DNA from: Omnitrophica WOR_2 bacterium GWF2_43_52
Lineage (GTDB): Bacteria; Omnitrophota; Gorgyraeia; Gygaellales; UBA12090
Direction of reading: 5' to 3'
Length of the DNA stretch: 64,000 nucleotides
Assembly: GCA_001805445.1 (NCBI GenBank)
Contig: MHGF01000036.1
Span: forward strand, 7,526 to 71,525
A program made the position numbers and the translations under genes. Shown here in pieces: positions 25,158-34,719 of the stretch (the stretch's first letter is position 1; every line of letters begins with the position of its first letter). The notes beneath the pieces were generated by a model. That model saw nothing but the letters and a program-made list of their open reading frames with translations, did not search any database and was not told the DNA's origin.

Positions 25158-28004
25158 ATGGAAGAATTAAACAGCCGTTACAATTCAAAAGAGGTGGAAG
25201 ACAGGATGTATGCCTTTTGGCAAAGTGAAAACCTGTTTGCCGCCAAAGTTAATCCTGATAAGAAGCCTTTTTGTATCGTTATCCCGCCGCCTAATGTAAC
25301 AGGAATATTACATATGGGCCACGCGCTCAATAACACCTATCAAGACATTTTAATCCGTCTTAGGCGTATGCAAGGCTTTGAGTCTTTGTGGATGCCCGGG
25401 ACCGATCACGCCGGTATTGCCACCCAGAATGTGGTAGAACGCCAACTTGCCAAGGAGGGCTTGAAGCGCCAGGATTTAGGCAGGGACAAGTTTTTGGAGA
25501 GAGTCTGGCAGTGGAAGGAGCAATACGGCTCAACGATTATACGGCAGTTAAAGAAATTGGGCGCGTCAAGTGACTGGCAGCGGGTGCGTTTTACTATGGA
25601 TGAGGAATACTCTCAGTCGGTAAAAGAGGTATTTGTTGCCTTGTGGAATAAAGGCCTGATTTATCAGGATGATAAGATCATCAACTGGTGCCCTCGCTGC
25701 CAAACGGCCTTATCGGATGAGGAAGCTGCTCATCGCGAAGTTCAGGGGAATTTGTATTATATACGGTATTCTCTTAAAGAAGAAATTCGAAATTCGAAAT
25801 TCGAAATTCGAGATAAATCTCAAATCGAAAATCACACATCGCAAAATTATATCGTGGTAGCAACCACACGGCCGGAGACGATGGTAGGGGATACGGCGGT
25901 TGCTCTGAATCCAAAAGATGAGCGCTATAAGCACTTAATTGGTAAAACGGTTATTGTGCCTCTAATAGAACGGGAAATTAAAATAATTGCCGATGAATTG
26001 ATTGATATGGAATTTGGAACCGGTTTGGTGAAGGTTACCCCGGCCCATGACTCCAATGATTATGAGATGGGCAAGCGCCATACACTAGAGTTTATCAACA
26101 TTATGCATCCTAACGCGGTTTTAAATACGAATGCCGGTGACTATAACGGCTTGGATAGGTTTGAGGCGCGAGAGGCAATTATTGAAGATTTAAAAGAAAG
26201 AAAACTCATTGAAAAGATTGAGCCGCATACCCATGCCGTGGGGCATTGTTATCGCTGCTCAACCGTGATAGAACCGTATTTGTCAAGGCAGTGGTTTGTG
26301 AAAATGGAGCCGTTGGCAAAACCGGCGATTGAAGCGGTAAAAGACGGGAGAATCAATTTTTATCCTAAACGCTGGGCCAAGGTTTATCTTAACTGGATGG
26401 AGAATATCAGGGATTGGTGTATCTCTCGCCAAATCTGGTGGGGGCATAGACTGCCGGTTTATTATTGCAAAGAATGCTTGAAAACCGGCAGTCAGTGTAA
26501 AGTTGAAAGTGTAAAGTGTAAAGAAAAAGGAATTATTGTGGCTAAAGTTAAGCCCCAGAAGTGTCCGGATTGCGGTGGAGGGGATATCTATCAGGATGAA
26601 GATGTTTTGGATACCTGGTTTTCTTCCTGGCTGTGGCCGTTTGCTACTTTTTATTGGCCGTTTAATACGAAGGATGAAGCCTGCCTGCCGGCAAGGCAGG
26701 GACGAAGGATGAAGGACGAAAAAGATTTAAACTATTTTTATCCTACGTCTGTCTTAGTGACCGCTCCTGAAATTATTTTTTTCTGGGTGGCGCGTATGAT
26801 TATGGCTGGTTTTGAATTCATGGGAAAAGAACCGTTTAAGGATGTCTATATCCACGGCACCGTGCGGGATGTAGAAGGTAAAAAGATGTCTAAGTCCTTA
26901 GGCAATATCATTGACCCTTTGGAAATTATTGAGAAATACGGCACTGATGCGCTTCGCTTCAGCCTTATTTCTATAACCGCAAGCGGGCAGGATGTCTTTT
27001 TATCCGAGCAGAAGTTCGAGGTGGGCAGGAATTTTGCCAATAAACTCTGGAATGCCTCGCGGTTTTCACTTATGAATTTGGATTTGAGTTTAGTAAATGT
27101 GGATTTATGCGTTTTATTTGAGAAGGAAGACCTTGAACTCCCTGAGCGATGGATCTTGAGCCGGTTTTATTCAATGCTTAGTGCCTTAAATAAGGCGTTA
27201 GATAACTACCGTTTTAATGACGCGGCTAATATCCTCTATGAATTTGTATGGCATGAGTTTTGTGATTGGTATATAGAGCTGGCAAAGCCTAATTTGGTGA
27301 GCGGGTTAGCGGGTGAGCGGGTGAGCGGGGAAAGCAAGAATACACAGATAGTATTGTATAAGGTTTTAGAAAAAACCTTAAGGTGTTTGCATCCGTTTAT
27401 GCCCTTTATTACCGAAGAAATCTGGCAGAAACTTTCTTTAACGTCCCTCGTCCCTCGTCCCCCGTCCTTCGTAAGTATTATGACCCAACCGTGGCCGCAT
27501 GTGCAAAAAAAGATAATCGATAAGAAGGCCGAAAGCCAAATGCAGCTGGCTATTGAGGTTATTACCGCGATCAGAAATTTAAAAGCTGAGGTAAAGATTG
27601 CTCCGGCGCAGGCGGTTAAAGTAATGCTCATAGCTAAGGATAAAGAAGTAAAAAGCGCCTTGGATACAGTAGCGAGCTATATCACGAATTTGGGAAGGGT
27701 AGAGGCTTTAACAATTCAAGGAGCGCCCGCAAAGCTGAAAAAAGGTATAAGTGCTATAGTACATGAGGTGCAGGTATTTTTAGAGCTTGAAGGATTGCTT
27801 GATATTGATCAGGAAATAGAACGGCTTACTAAGGAAGCCGATGCGCTTGCGGGATCTTTAAAGTCAAAGGAATCCCGGCTAAAAAATAAGGATTTCCTCA
27901 AAAAAGCACCCGAAGAAATTGTGGAAAAAGAGAAAGAGTCGCTGGCACAAGGCCAGGAAAAATTGGCAAGCCTGCAGAGGGTTATTAGTGAGCTTAAGAA
28001 ATAA
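25158..28004 (+). CDS. valS: Valyl-tRNA synthetase (with five repeat-derived insertions)
   Basis: PPPNVTG.LHMGH, TTRPET, DWCISRQIWWGH, KMSKS, C-terminal coiled coil. Confidence 0.97.
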   Translation: MEELNSRYNSKEVEDRMYAFWQSENLFAAKVNPDKKPFCIVIPPPNVTGILHMGHALNNTYQDILIRLRRMQGFESLWMPGTDHAGIATQNVVERQLAKEGLKRQDLGRDKFLERVWQWKEQYGSTIIRQLKKLGASSDWQRVRFTMDEEYSQSVKEVFVALWNKGLIYQDDKIINWCPRCQTALSDEEAAHREVQGNLYYIRYSLKEEIRNSKFEIRDKSQIENHTSQNYIVVATTRPETMVGDTAVALNPKDERYKHLIGKTVIVPLIEREIKIIADELIDMEFGTGLVKVTPAHDSNDYEMGKRHTLEFINIMHPNAVLNTNAGDYNGLDRFEAREAIIEDLKERKLIEKIEPHTHAVGHCYRCSTVIEPYLSRQWFVKMEPLAKPAIEAVKDGRINFYPKRWAKVYLNWMENIRDWCISRQIWWGHRLPVYYCKECLKTGSQCKVESVKCKEKGIIVAKVKPQKCPDCGGGDIYQDEDVLDTWFSSWLWPFATFYWPFNTKDEACLPARQGRRMKDEKDLNYFYPTSVLVTAPEIIFFWVARMIMAGFEFMGKEPFKDVYIHGTVRDVEGKKMSKSLGNIIDPLEIIEKYGTDALRFSLISITASGQDVFLSEQKFEVGRNFANKLWNASRFSLMNLDLSLVNVDLCVLFEKEDLELPERWILSRFYSMLSALNKALDNYRFNDAANILYEFVWHEFCDWYIELAKPNLVSGLAGERVSGESKNTQIVLYKVLEKTLRCLHPFMPFITEEIWQKLSLTSLVPRPPSFVSIMTQPWPHVQKKIIDKKAESQMQLAIEVITAIRNLKAEVKIAPAQAVKVMLIAKDKEVKSALDTVASYITNLGRVEALTIQGAPAKLKKGISAIVHEVQVFLELEGLLDIDQEIERLTKEADALAGSLKSKESRLKNKDFLKKAPEEIVEKEKESLAQGQEKLASLQRVISELKK

Positions 28005-28039
28005 GTAATAATGCGTTGTTACATTAAATAATAGTAGTT

Positions 28040-28079
28040 CTTTAGCCCTTTAGCTGATTAGTCCCTTAGCTAATGAGCT
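28040..28079. repeat. Intergenic 8-mer tandem array (nnTTAGCn x5)
   Basis: CTTTAGCC CTTTAGCT GATTAGTC CCTTAGCT AATGAGCT. Confidence 0.65.
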
Positions 28080-28112
28080 GCTGCCAAAATATACTTTAAC
28101 AGAGTAATAGCT

Positions 28113-29012
28113 ATGAAGAAACAAATGTTGCATCGTGTCATCAAAGATGCGCTAACGGAGGATATCGGAGGCGGCGATATCACCAGCCGCATTCTGATAC
28201 CTAAGGGTAAGAAAATAAAGGCTGTGCTGTTTTTAAAAGAAAGAGGCGTGGTGGCGGGGCTGGCTGTCGCGCGGAACGTTTTTAAAATAGTAAACACGTC
28301 GGTTACTTTTAAAGCGCACTACGCTGAAGGCTCATGGCAAAACGCGGGGAAAATTCTTGCAACGGTAGAAGGTGATGCCCACGCTATACTGAAAGCGGAG
28401 CGGACGGCGTTAAATCTTTTAAGCCATCTTTGCGCAATAGCTACAGCTGCCAGGAAGTTTGTGGATAGAGTTAAGCCGTATAAAGTTAAGATTTTGGACA
28501 CTCGTAAGACTATTCCCGGGCTGCGTGACTTGCAAAAATACGCGGTGAGTCTTGGCGGCGGCTGTAATCACCGCATGGGCCTCTGGGATGGTATCTTGAT
28601 TAAGGATAATCATATTGCTATAGGGTGTAGGGGGCAGGGTTTAGGGTACATTGAAGAATTAATTGGGATGGCGAAAAAGAGAAGGCCAAAGGGCCTGAAA
28701 ATTGAAATAGAGGTAAAGAATTTACAGGAGTTTAGGCAAGCACTAAAGGCAGAGCCAGATATAATAATGTTGGATAATATGAAAATAGCTGATATTAGAA
28801 AGGCAGTTGAAATAAGACGCACGACACAAGGCGTCCGTCAAAGCAGTGTGGCGGGCGCACAACGCATGACGCAGATAGAAGCCTCCGGAGGCGTCCACCT
28901 AGATAATGTTAGGGCAATTGCCAAAACAGGCGTTGATAGTATTTCTATCGGTAGTCTCACCCATTCAGTGAAAGCCATTGATATTTCCTTAGAAGTAGCC
29001 CCTTCCCCTTGA
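28113..29012 (+). CDS. nadC: Quinolinate phosphoribosyltransferase
   Basis: ED...GDITS, ERTALN, DTRKT.PGLR, HRMGL.D..LIKDNH, IMLDN, EASGG. Confidence 0.95.
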   Translation: MKKQMLHRVIKDALTEDIGGGDITSRILIPKGKKIKAVLFLKERGVVAGLAVARNVFKIVNTSVTFKAHYAEGSWQNAGKILATVEGDAHAILKAERTALNLLSHLCAIATAARKFVDRVKPYKVKILDTRKTIPGLRDLQKYAVSLGGGCNHRMGLWDGILIKDNHIAIGCRGQGLGYIEELIGMAKKRRPKGLKIEIEVKNLQEFRQALKAEPDIIMLDNMKIADIRKAVEIRRTTQGVRQSSVAGAQRMTQIEASGGVHLDNVRAIAKTGVDSISIGSLTHSVKAIDISLEVAPSP

Positions 29013-29027
29013 GTAGTACTTTTTGAG

Positions 29028-30989
29028 ATGAATAAATTCAAACTTGTGAGCTCTTATAATCCTGCGGGAGACCAGCCTCTGGCAATTGATGCTCTGGCTC
29101 AAGGTATTGGCTGTGGTGAAAAATACCAGACTCTTTTGGGAGTTACTGGTTCGGGAAAGACCTTTACCTTGGCCAATGTGATAGCCAAGATAAATAAACC
29201 AACCCTAGTTATTTCGCATAACAAAACCCTCGCAGCACAGCTTTACGGTGAATTTAAGGAATTCTTCCCCGAGAACGCGGTTGAATATTTTGTCAGCTAC
29301 TATGATTATTACCAGCCGGAAGCCTATATCCCCTCAACTGATATCTATATAGAAAAGGATTCTTCTATAAATGACCGCCTTGACCGTCTGCGCCTTTCAA
29401 GCACCAGTTCTCTTATGAGCAGGCGAGATTGCCTTATTGTGGCATCGGTTTCCTGTATTTATAATTTAGGCTCGCCTGAAGATTATAAAGAATCGCTGGT
29501 ATTTATTGAAAAAGGCCAAACCGTATCCAGGGATGGCCTGTTGCGTAAGCTTATTGAAATTCAATATGAGCGCAATGACTATGAATTTATCCGGGGAAGA
29601 ATCCGTGTCCGGGGGGATGTGGTTGAGGTCTTTCCCGCCTACACCAAAACCGCGCTTCGGGTGGAATTATCCGGCGATGAGGTAGAGAAAATCTTTGAGT
29701 GTAACCCTATAGACGGGAAAAAAATAACGGAGTTACAACGAGCAGCGATATATCCGGCAAAGCATTTTATTGTATCAAGTAAGCATCTTGAAGGAGCGCT
29801 TCTATCGATAGCCGAAGAATTGGAAGAAAGGCTTATTTTTTTGCGAACGCAAAATAAAATTTTAGAAGCCCAGCGCCTTGAATCCCGCACCAACTACGAT
29901 ATGGAGATGCTTAAGGAAATCGGCTATTGCCACGGGATTGAGAATTATTCGCGCCATTTATCAGGCAAGCCTCTAGGCTCAAGGCCGCATTGCCTGATTG
30001 ACTACTTTCCGGAAGATTTCCTTCTTATTATTGATGAAAGCCATGTGACTATTCCTCAGATTCGTGGGATGTATGAGGGTGATAAAGCGCGAAAAGAAAC
30101 ATTAGTGGAATTTGGTTTTCGTCTGCCCTCATGCCTCGATAACCGCCCTTTAAAGTTTGATGAATTTGAAAGTTTAATCCCTCTGGCTCTCTTTGTTTCG
30201 GCAACGCCAGCGGATTATGAGATAAAAAAGTCAAAGAGCACAATAATTGAGCAGATAATCCGGCCTACAGGCTTGGTTGACCCTGAAATTATCGTTAAGC
30301 CAAGCGCGGGGCAAGTTGAGGATTTGATTAAAGAGGTGAAAAAACGCGCTCAAAGAAATGAGCGGGTTTTGGTAACCGCGCTTACCAAGAGGATGTCTGA
30401 GGACCTGTCGCAGTATTTAAAGGAAGAAGGGCTCAAGGTAAAATACCTGCATTCGGAAATCCTGACCATTGAACGCACTAAGATATTGAAAGAATTGCGG
30501 CAGAAAAAGTTTGATTGTTTGGTAGGAGTGAACCTTTTACGTGAGGGATTGGATTTGCCTGAAGTTTCGCTCGTGGCTATTTTAGACGCGGATAAGGAAG
30601 GTTTTTTGCGTTCGGCAACTTCGCTTATCCAGGTTTCCGGAAGAGCTGCCCGTAACATTAATGGCCAGGTTATCATGTATGCCGATACAATTACCGGTTC
30701 AATGCAAAAGGCAATTTCTGAAAGCAGCCGCCGCCGTAAAATTCAGCTGGAATTTAATGCCAAGCACAAAATAACTCCCCGGGGTATCCAAAAGGCAATT
30801 CGCGAGGGGATTGAAGCCTTAGAAGATGCCGAAGATCTTACCCAGGATATCGTTGAGCTTTCCAAAGAAGAATATGAATTGAAGTCTTATATCGGGGAAT
30901 TAGAATATCAGATGGAGCTTGCCTCAAGAAACCTTCAATTTGAGGAAGCCGCCCGAATTCGGGATAAGATAAAGGAATTTAAAGGGTAG
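29028..30989 (+). CDS. uvrB: Excinuclease ABC subunit B
   Basis: [39 protein letters not shown]-terminal UVR domain. Confidence 0.98.
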   Translation: MNKFKLVSSYNPAGDQPLAIDALAQGIGCGEKYQTLLGVTGSGKTFTLANVIAKINKPTLVISHNKTLAAQLYGEFKEFFPENAVEYFVSYYDYYQPEAYIPSTDIYIEKDSSINDRLDRLRLSSTSSLMSRRDCLIVASVSCIYNLGSPEDYKESLVFIEKGQTVSRDGLLRKLIEIQYERNDYEFIRGRIRVRGDVVEVFPAYTKTALRVELSGDEVEKIFECNPIDGKKITELQRAAIYPAKHFIVSSKHLEGALLSIAEELEERLIFLRTQNKILEAQRLESRTNYDMEMLKEIGYCHGIENYSRHLSGKPLGSRPHCLIDYFPEDFLLIIDESHVTIPQIRGMYEGDKARKETLVEFGFRLPSCLDNRPLKFDEFESLIPLALFVSATPADYEIKKSKSTIIEQIIRPTGLVDPEIIVKPSAGQVEDLIKEVKKRAQRNERVLVTALTKRMSEDLSQYLKEEGLKVKYLHSEILTIERTKILKELRQKKFDCLVGVNLLREGLDLPEVSLVAILDADKEGFLRSATSLIQVSGRAARNINGQVIMYADTITGSMQKAISESSRRRKIQLEFNAKHKITPRGIQKAIREGIEALEDAEDLTQDIVELSKEEYELKSYIGELEYQMELASRNLQFEEAARIRDKIKEFKG

Positions 30990-31047
30990 GGACATGCCTC
31001 TGTGCTGTACTCAACAAATTGAGGGCAACCACAAGGGTTGCCCCTAC
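30986..31047. repeat. GTAG-type REP pair
   Basis: GTAGGGACATGCCTCTGTG.. and GGGCAACCACAAGGGTTGCCCCTAC (reverse complement GTAGGGGCAACCCTTGTGGTTGCCC). Confidence 0.7.
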
Positions 31048-31061
31048 TTTGGGGATTTTAG

Positions 31062-31838
31062 ATGGATGACGGGATCCTAAGAGTTTTTCGCGGCAAAGAA
31101 TTAGATACGCGTGTCATTGGCAAAAAGATTTACAAGTATGATACGGTTGGCTCAACCAATGACTCAGCGTTTATGTACGCGCTTAAAGGAGAGAAGGAAG
31201 GCGCTGTCTTTTGGGCAAGGTCTCAAACCAAAGGACGGGGAAGGCTGGGGAGGCAATGGATTTCTCATAAGGATAAAGGGCTTTATTTTTCCTTAATTTT
31301 ACGCCCGGATATCGTAGTGAATGACGCTCCAAAGATCACCCTCCTGGTTGCTTTAAGTATTTGTAAGGCGCTTGGAGGCTATACTCATTGCCAATTCCTT
31401 ATTAAATGGCCTAATGATATCTTTGTTGATGATAAGAAGATAGGCGGCATCCTCACGGAAATGGATGCCGAAATACAGAAAGTAAGGTTTCTTGTGGTAG
31501 GTATTGGCATTAACACTAATTTAAGGCAGAATGAATTACCCCTACGAGGCATAACTTCATTGAGAGTATTGCTTCAAAAAGATATCCACAACGAAAACCT
31601 TTTAGGGGCTTGCCTGAAAGAAATAGACCGTCATTATTTTCAATTCAAAAAAGAAGGAATTTCAGATATAATAGAGGATGCGCGCCATTTCTCAAGCCTC
31701 TGGGGCAAACAGGTGAAGGTTAACGGCAAGCCTGAAGGAACAGCGGTAGATTTTGATAATGAGGGAGCCTTGGTAGTGCGGCAAAACAATGGTTTTATGA
31801 AACATATTTTCGCGGGAGATGTAGAGCTGTTGAGGTAA
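31062..31838 (+). CDS. birA: Biotin-protein ligase (no HTH domain)
   Basis: STN, QTKGRGRLGRQW, KWPND, KIGGIL.E, GIGIN. Confidence 0.93.
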   Translation: MDDGILRVFRGKELDTRVIGKKIYKYDTVGSTNDSAFMYALKGEKEGAVFWARSQTKGRGRLGRQWISHKDKGLYFSLILRPDIVVNDAPKITLLVALSICKALGGYTHCQFLIKWPNDIFVDDKKIGGILTEMDAEIQKVRFLVVGIGINTNLRQNELPLRGITSLRVLLQKDIHNENLLGACLKEIDRHYFQFKKEGISDIIEDARHFSSLWGKQVKVNGKPEGTAVDFDNEGALVVRQNNGFMKHIFAGDVELLR

Positions 31839-31840
31839 TA

Positions 31841-32608
31841 ATGATTTTAGCCGTAGATATAGGAAATACCACTATAACCATAGGCATATTCCGAAGAAAG
31901 AAGCTTATTCTTAAATCCAGCCTCGCGGCTCAAAAATATCGGAAGTTTAAAACCTTTTTAGAAGAAAATTTGAAAAAAAGCCATAACGCGTTGTCAGCCA
32001 TAGAGTGTGCGGTTATCTGTAGCGTAGTCCCTGGGGTTACGCCCACAATAGAAAAAGCAATAGGATCAAAGGGGAATATCCCTGTTTATGTCTTGGGGAA
32101 GAACCTTAAAGTTCCCATAAAGAATCTCTACGCGAAACCAAAACAAGTTGGCCAAGATCGCCTGTTGTGCGCCTATATGGCAATGAAGCTTTATGGCGCG
32201 CCGGTTATCTCCATAGATTTAGGAACTGCCCTTACGTTTGATGTGGTTTCTAAGAATAAAGAATATTTAGGGGGAATTATTTTTCCAGGATTAACGCTTT
32301 CATTAGCTGTACTCCATCGTTATACCGCTTTATTGCCTGAGGTAGAATTAAAGCAATCCAAAGCATTGATTGGGAAAAATGCGCAGGGGAGCATGCTCTC
32401 AGGAATCACGTATGGTTATGGAAGTTTGATTGATGGATTAGTGGAAAAGTTGAAGAAGGAAATTCACGGTAAGCCAAAGATAATTGCTACTGGCGGGGAT
32501 AGCCTATTCGTAAAACGATATTGTGCCAGTATAGATTTCTTTGAGCCAGGCCTAATTTTAAAAGGAATGGCAGAATTGTTTGAAGAAACAGCATATGATA
32601 CGCGATAA
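31841..32608 (+). CDS. coaX: Type III pantothenate kinase
   Basis: DIGNT, SVVP, GQDR, DLGTA.T, GGIIFPG, TGG. Confidence 0.93.
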   Translation: MILAVDIGNTTITIGIFRRKKLILKSSLAAQKYRKFKTFLEENLKKSHNALSAIECAVICSVVPGVTPTIEKAIGSKGNIPVYVLGKNLKVPIKNLYAKPKQVGQDRLLCAYMAMKLYGAPVISIDLGTALTFDVVSKNKEYLGGIIFPGLTLSLAVLHRYTALLPEVELKQSKALIGKNAQGSMLSGITYGYGSLIDGLVEKLKKEIHGKPKIIATGGDSLFVKRYCASIDFFEPGLILKGMAELFEETAYDTR

Positions 32609-33761
32609 GAATATTCTCTTTGTGATTACAAAATTAGAATTAGGAGGCGCCCAAAAACAATTATTAAACCTGATAAAACATTTAGATAGGGAAAACAATA
32701 ATATTTTCTTGTTTACCGCTAAAAGTGGTTTATTACATGCTGAAACATTATCAATGGCAGGGCTCAAGGTAAAAAAATCAGGATTCCTGGAACGCTCTCC
32801 GCATCCCTTAAAGGATTTATTGGCGTTATGCGAGCTATATTTTTTTATTAAAAGAAATAATATTGATATTGTGCATACCCATAGCTCTAAAGCGGGCATT
32901 CTTGGGCGCATAGCAGCATGGTTAGCAAAAGCAAAAGGTGTGGTGCACACCGTTCATGGCTGGTCATTTAATGATTACCAGCCATTTTTTGTGCGCGAGC
33001 TTTATATTTTCTTGGAAAGATTGGTTGCGCGAGTTACTGATATACTGGTAGTCGTTTCTTGCCATGATCGCACTAAGGGTATAGCCAATCATATCGGGAC
33101 TATTGGAAAGTATGTTCTTATTCGTTACGGTATTAATTATTCGGAATTTGCTGGGACAGATAACGGAAATGTAAGGAAAGAATTAGGGCTAACAGCGGAT
33201 GATTTGGTTGTTGGGATGGTGGCATGTTTTAAGCCGCAAAAGGCTCCGCAGGATTTTATTAAGATGGCATCTTTGGTTAACGAGGTTCTGCCCGAAGTGA
33301 AGTTTATTTTAATCGGTGATGGGATTTTACGTAAAAAGATAGAATACCTTATTAGGCAGCTTAAATTACAAAAACAGATAGTATTATTGGGCTGGCGCCG
33401 GGATATCCCAAGAATTTTATCGGCACTTGATATTTTTGTGCTTACTTCCTTATGGGAGGGATTACCGATATCGGTATTGGAGGCGATGGCTTCCTCTAAG
33501 TCTGTAGTAGTTACTGATACTGGTGGAGTTCGGGAGGTAGTACGTGAGAACGAGACAGGCTTTTTAACCGCGCCAAAAGATATTCCCGCAATGGCGCAAA
33601 GGCTTGAGATTTTGTTAAAGGATAAAGGCTTGAGAGAGGCTTATGGGGGCAATAGTAGAGAGAGCCTCTCTCTGGATTTTCATCTTGATACTATGCTCTT
33701 TTGTACTCAGCATTGCTACAGAATTTTATTAGAAGGAAGAAAAGTTGCAGATATTTATTAA
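32580..33761 (+). CDS. GT4 glycosyltransferase
   Basis: GGAQ, HTHSSKAG, HTVHG, SLWEGLPISVLEAM; ATG at 32595 is a possible start. Confidence 0.9.
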   Translation: MKKQHMIRDKNILFVITKLELGGAQKQLLNLIKHLDRENNNIFLFTAKSGLLHAETLSMAGLKVKKSGFLERSPHPLKDLLALCELYFFIKRNNIDIVHTHSSKAGILGRIAAWLAKAKGVVHTVHGWSFNDYQPFFVRELYIFLERLVARVTDILVVVSCHDRTKGIANHIGTIGKYVLIRYGINYSEFAGTDNGNVRKELGLTADDLVVGMVACFKPQKAPQDFIKMASLVNEVLPEVKFILIGDGILRKKIEYLIRQLKLQKQIVLLGWRRDIPRILSALDIFVLTSLWEGLPISVLEAMASSKSVVVTDTGGVREVVRENETGFLTAPKDIPAMAQRLEILLKDKGLREAYGGNSRESLSLDFHLDTMLFCTQHCYRILLEGRKVADIY

Positions 33762-34719
33762 ACCTGTTCTTACTATCCTCATTTCTTTTGCCTTGTGTTC
33801 CGTTTTTTTATGCTTTTTAAAGAAACAATTTTTACAGAGAGCGCCGCAGTGTATCCCTTCAGTCGGTGGGATTAGCATAGGGATAGTATCGCTTATAGTC
33901 TGTTTTTTAGTGCTTTTTATAGGTAAGGGGCTATCCCACAATATGATAGGGATTTTAGCCTCTTCTTTTATAATGTTGCTGTTTGGTATCATTGATGATA
34001 TCTTTGAATTGTCAATAGTGGCTAAATTCATCGCCCAGATTTTCTCACTATCAGTCTTGATTGCTTGGGGTATAAGGGCTAATATCGTTGGTATTGGTGT
34101 TTTACTGAATTTAGTGGTAACGTTTCTATGGGTTTTGGGGGTTTCTAATGCTTTTAACCATTTAGATGTAATGGATGGCCTGGCAGGAATGGTTGCAATG
34201 ATGGTGAGTTTTGGTTTGCTATGGGTAAGCATTGGAACCTTCGATATCCAGGCAATTATTTTACTCTGCGCGCTCATAGGGGCCTTATGGAGTTTTTTAA
34301 TTTACAACTTTCCCCCAGCAAAGGTTTATTTAGGCAATGCTGGGAGCCATTTCTTGGGATTTATTATAGCATCGCTTGCTTTATTAGCACACTATGCGCC
34401 TTTAGAAAGAAAGATTGCCCTGCTTTCACCTTTAGCTATTCTTGGTTTTCCTGTTTTCGATACGGCATTCGTAATAGTAATGCGTTTGCGTAAGCATCAA
34501 TCTCCTTTTAAGAAAAGTGACGACCATCTTGCATTACGATTGCTAAAAAATGGATATACAAAAAAAGGGGCGCTGATTTTTATGGCTTCCTTATGCATCT
34601 TTTTTGTGGTGAGCGGGATAGTTTTAAGCAGCGTTTCTAATATAATCGGCCTTAGAGTTATTATAACTGTTGTTTTAGTGAGTTTATGCGTAGTTGTCCA
34701 ATGTAGTAAAATAGGATAA
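33745..34719 (+). CDS. Undecaprenyl-phosphate GlcNAc-1-P transferase (WecA/TagO, MraY-like)
   Basis: GIIDD, NAFNHLDVMDGL, NFPPAKVYLGNAGS, multi-TM. Confidence 0.88.
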   Translation: MQIFIKPVLTILISFALCSVFLCFLKKQFLQRAPQCIPSVGGISIGIVSLIVCFLVLFIGKGLSHNMIGILASSFIMLLFGIIDDIFELSIVAKFIAQIFSLSVLIAWGIRANIVGIGVLLNLVVTFLWVLGVSNAFNHLDVMDGLAGMVAMMVSFGLLWVSIGTFDIQAIILLCALIGALWSFLIYNFPPAKVYLGNAGSHFLGFIIASLALLAHYAPLERKIALLSPLAILGFPVFDTAFVIVMRLRKHQSPFKKSDDHLALRLLKNGYTKKGALIFMASLCIFFVVSGIVLSSVSNIIGLRVIITVVLVSLCVVVQCSKIG

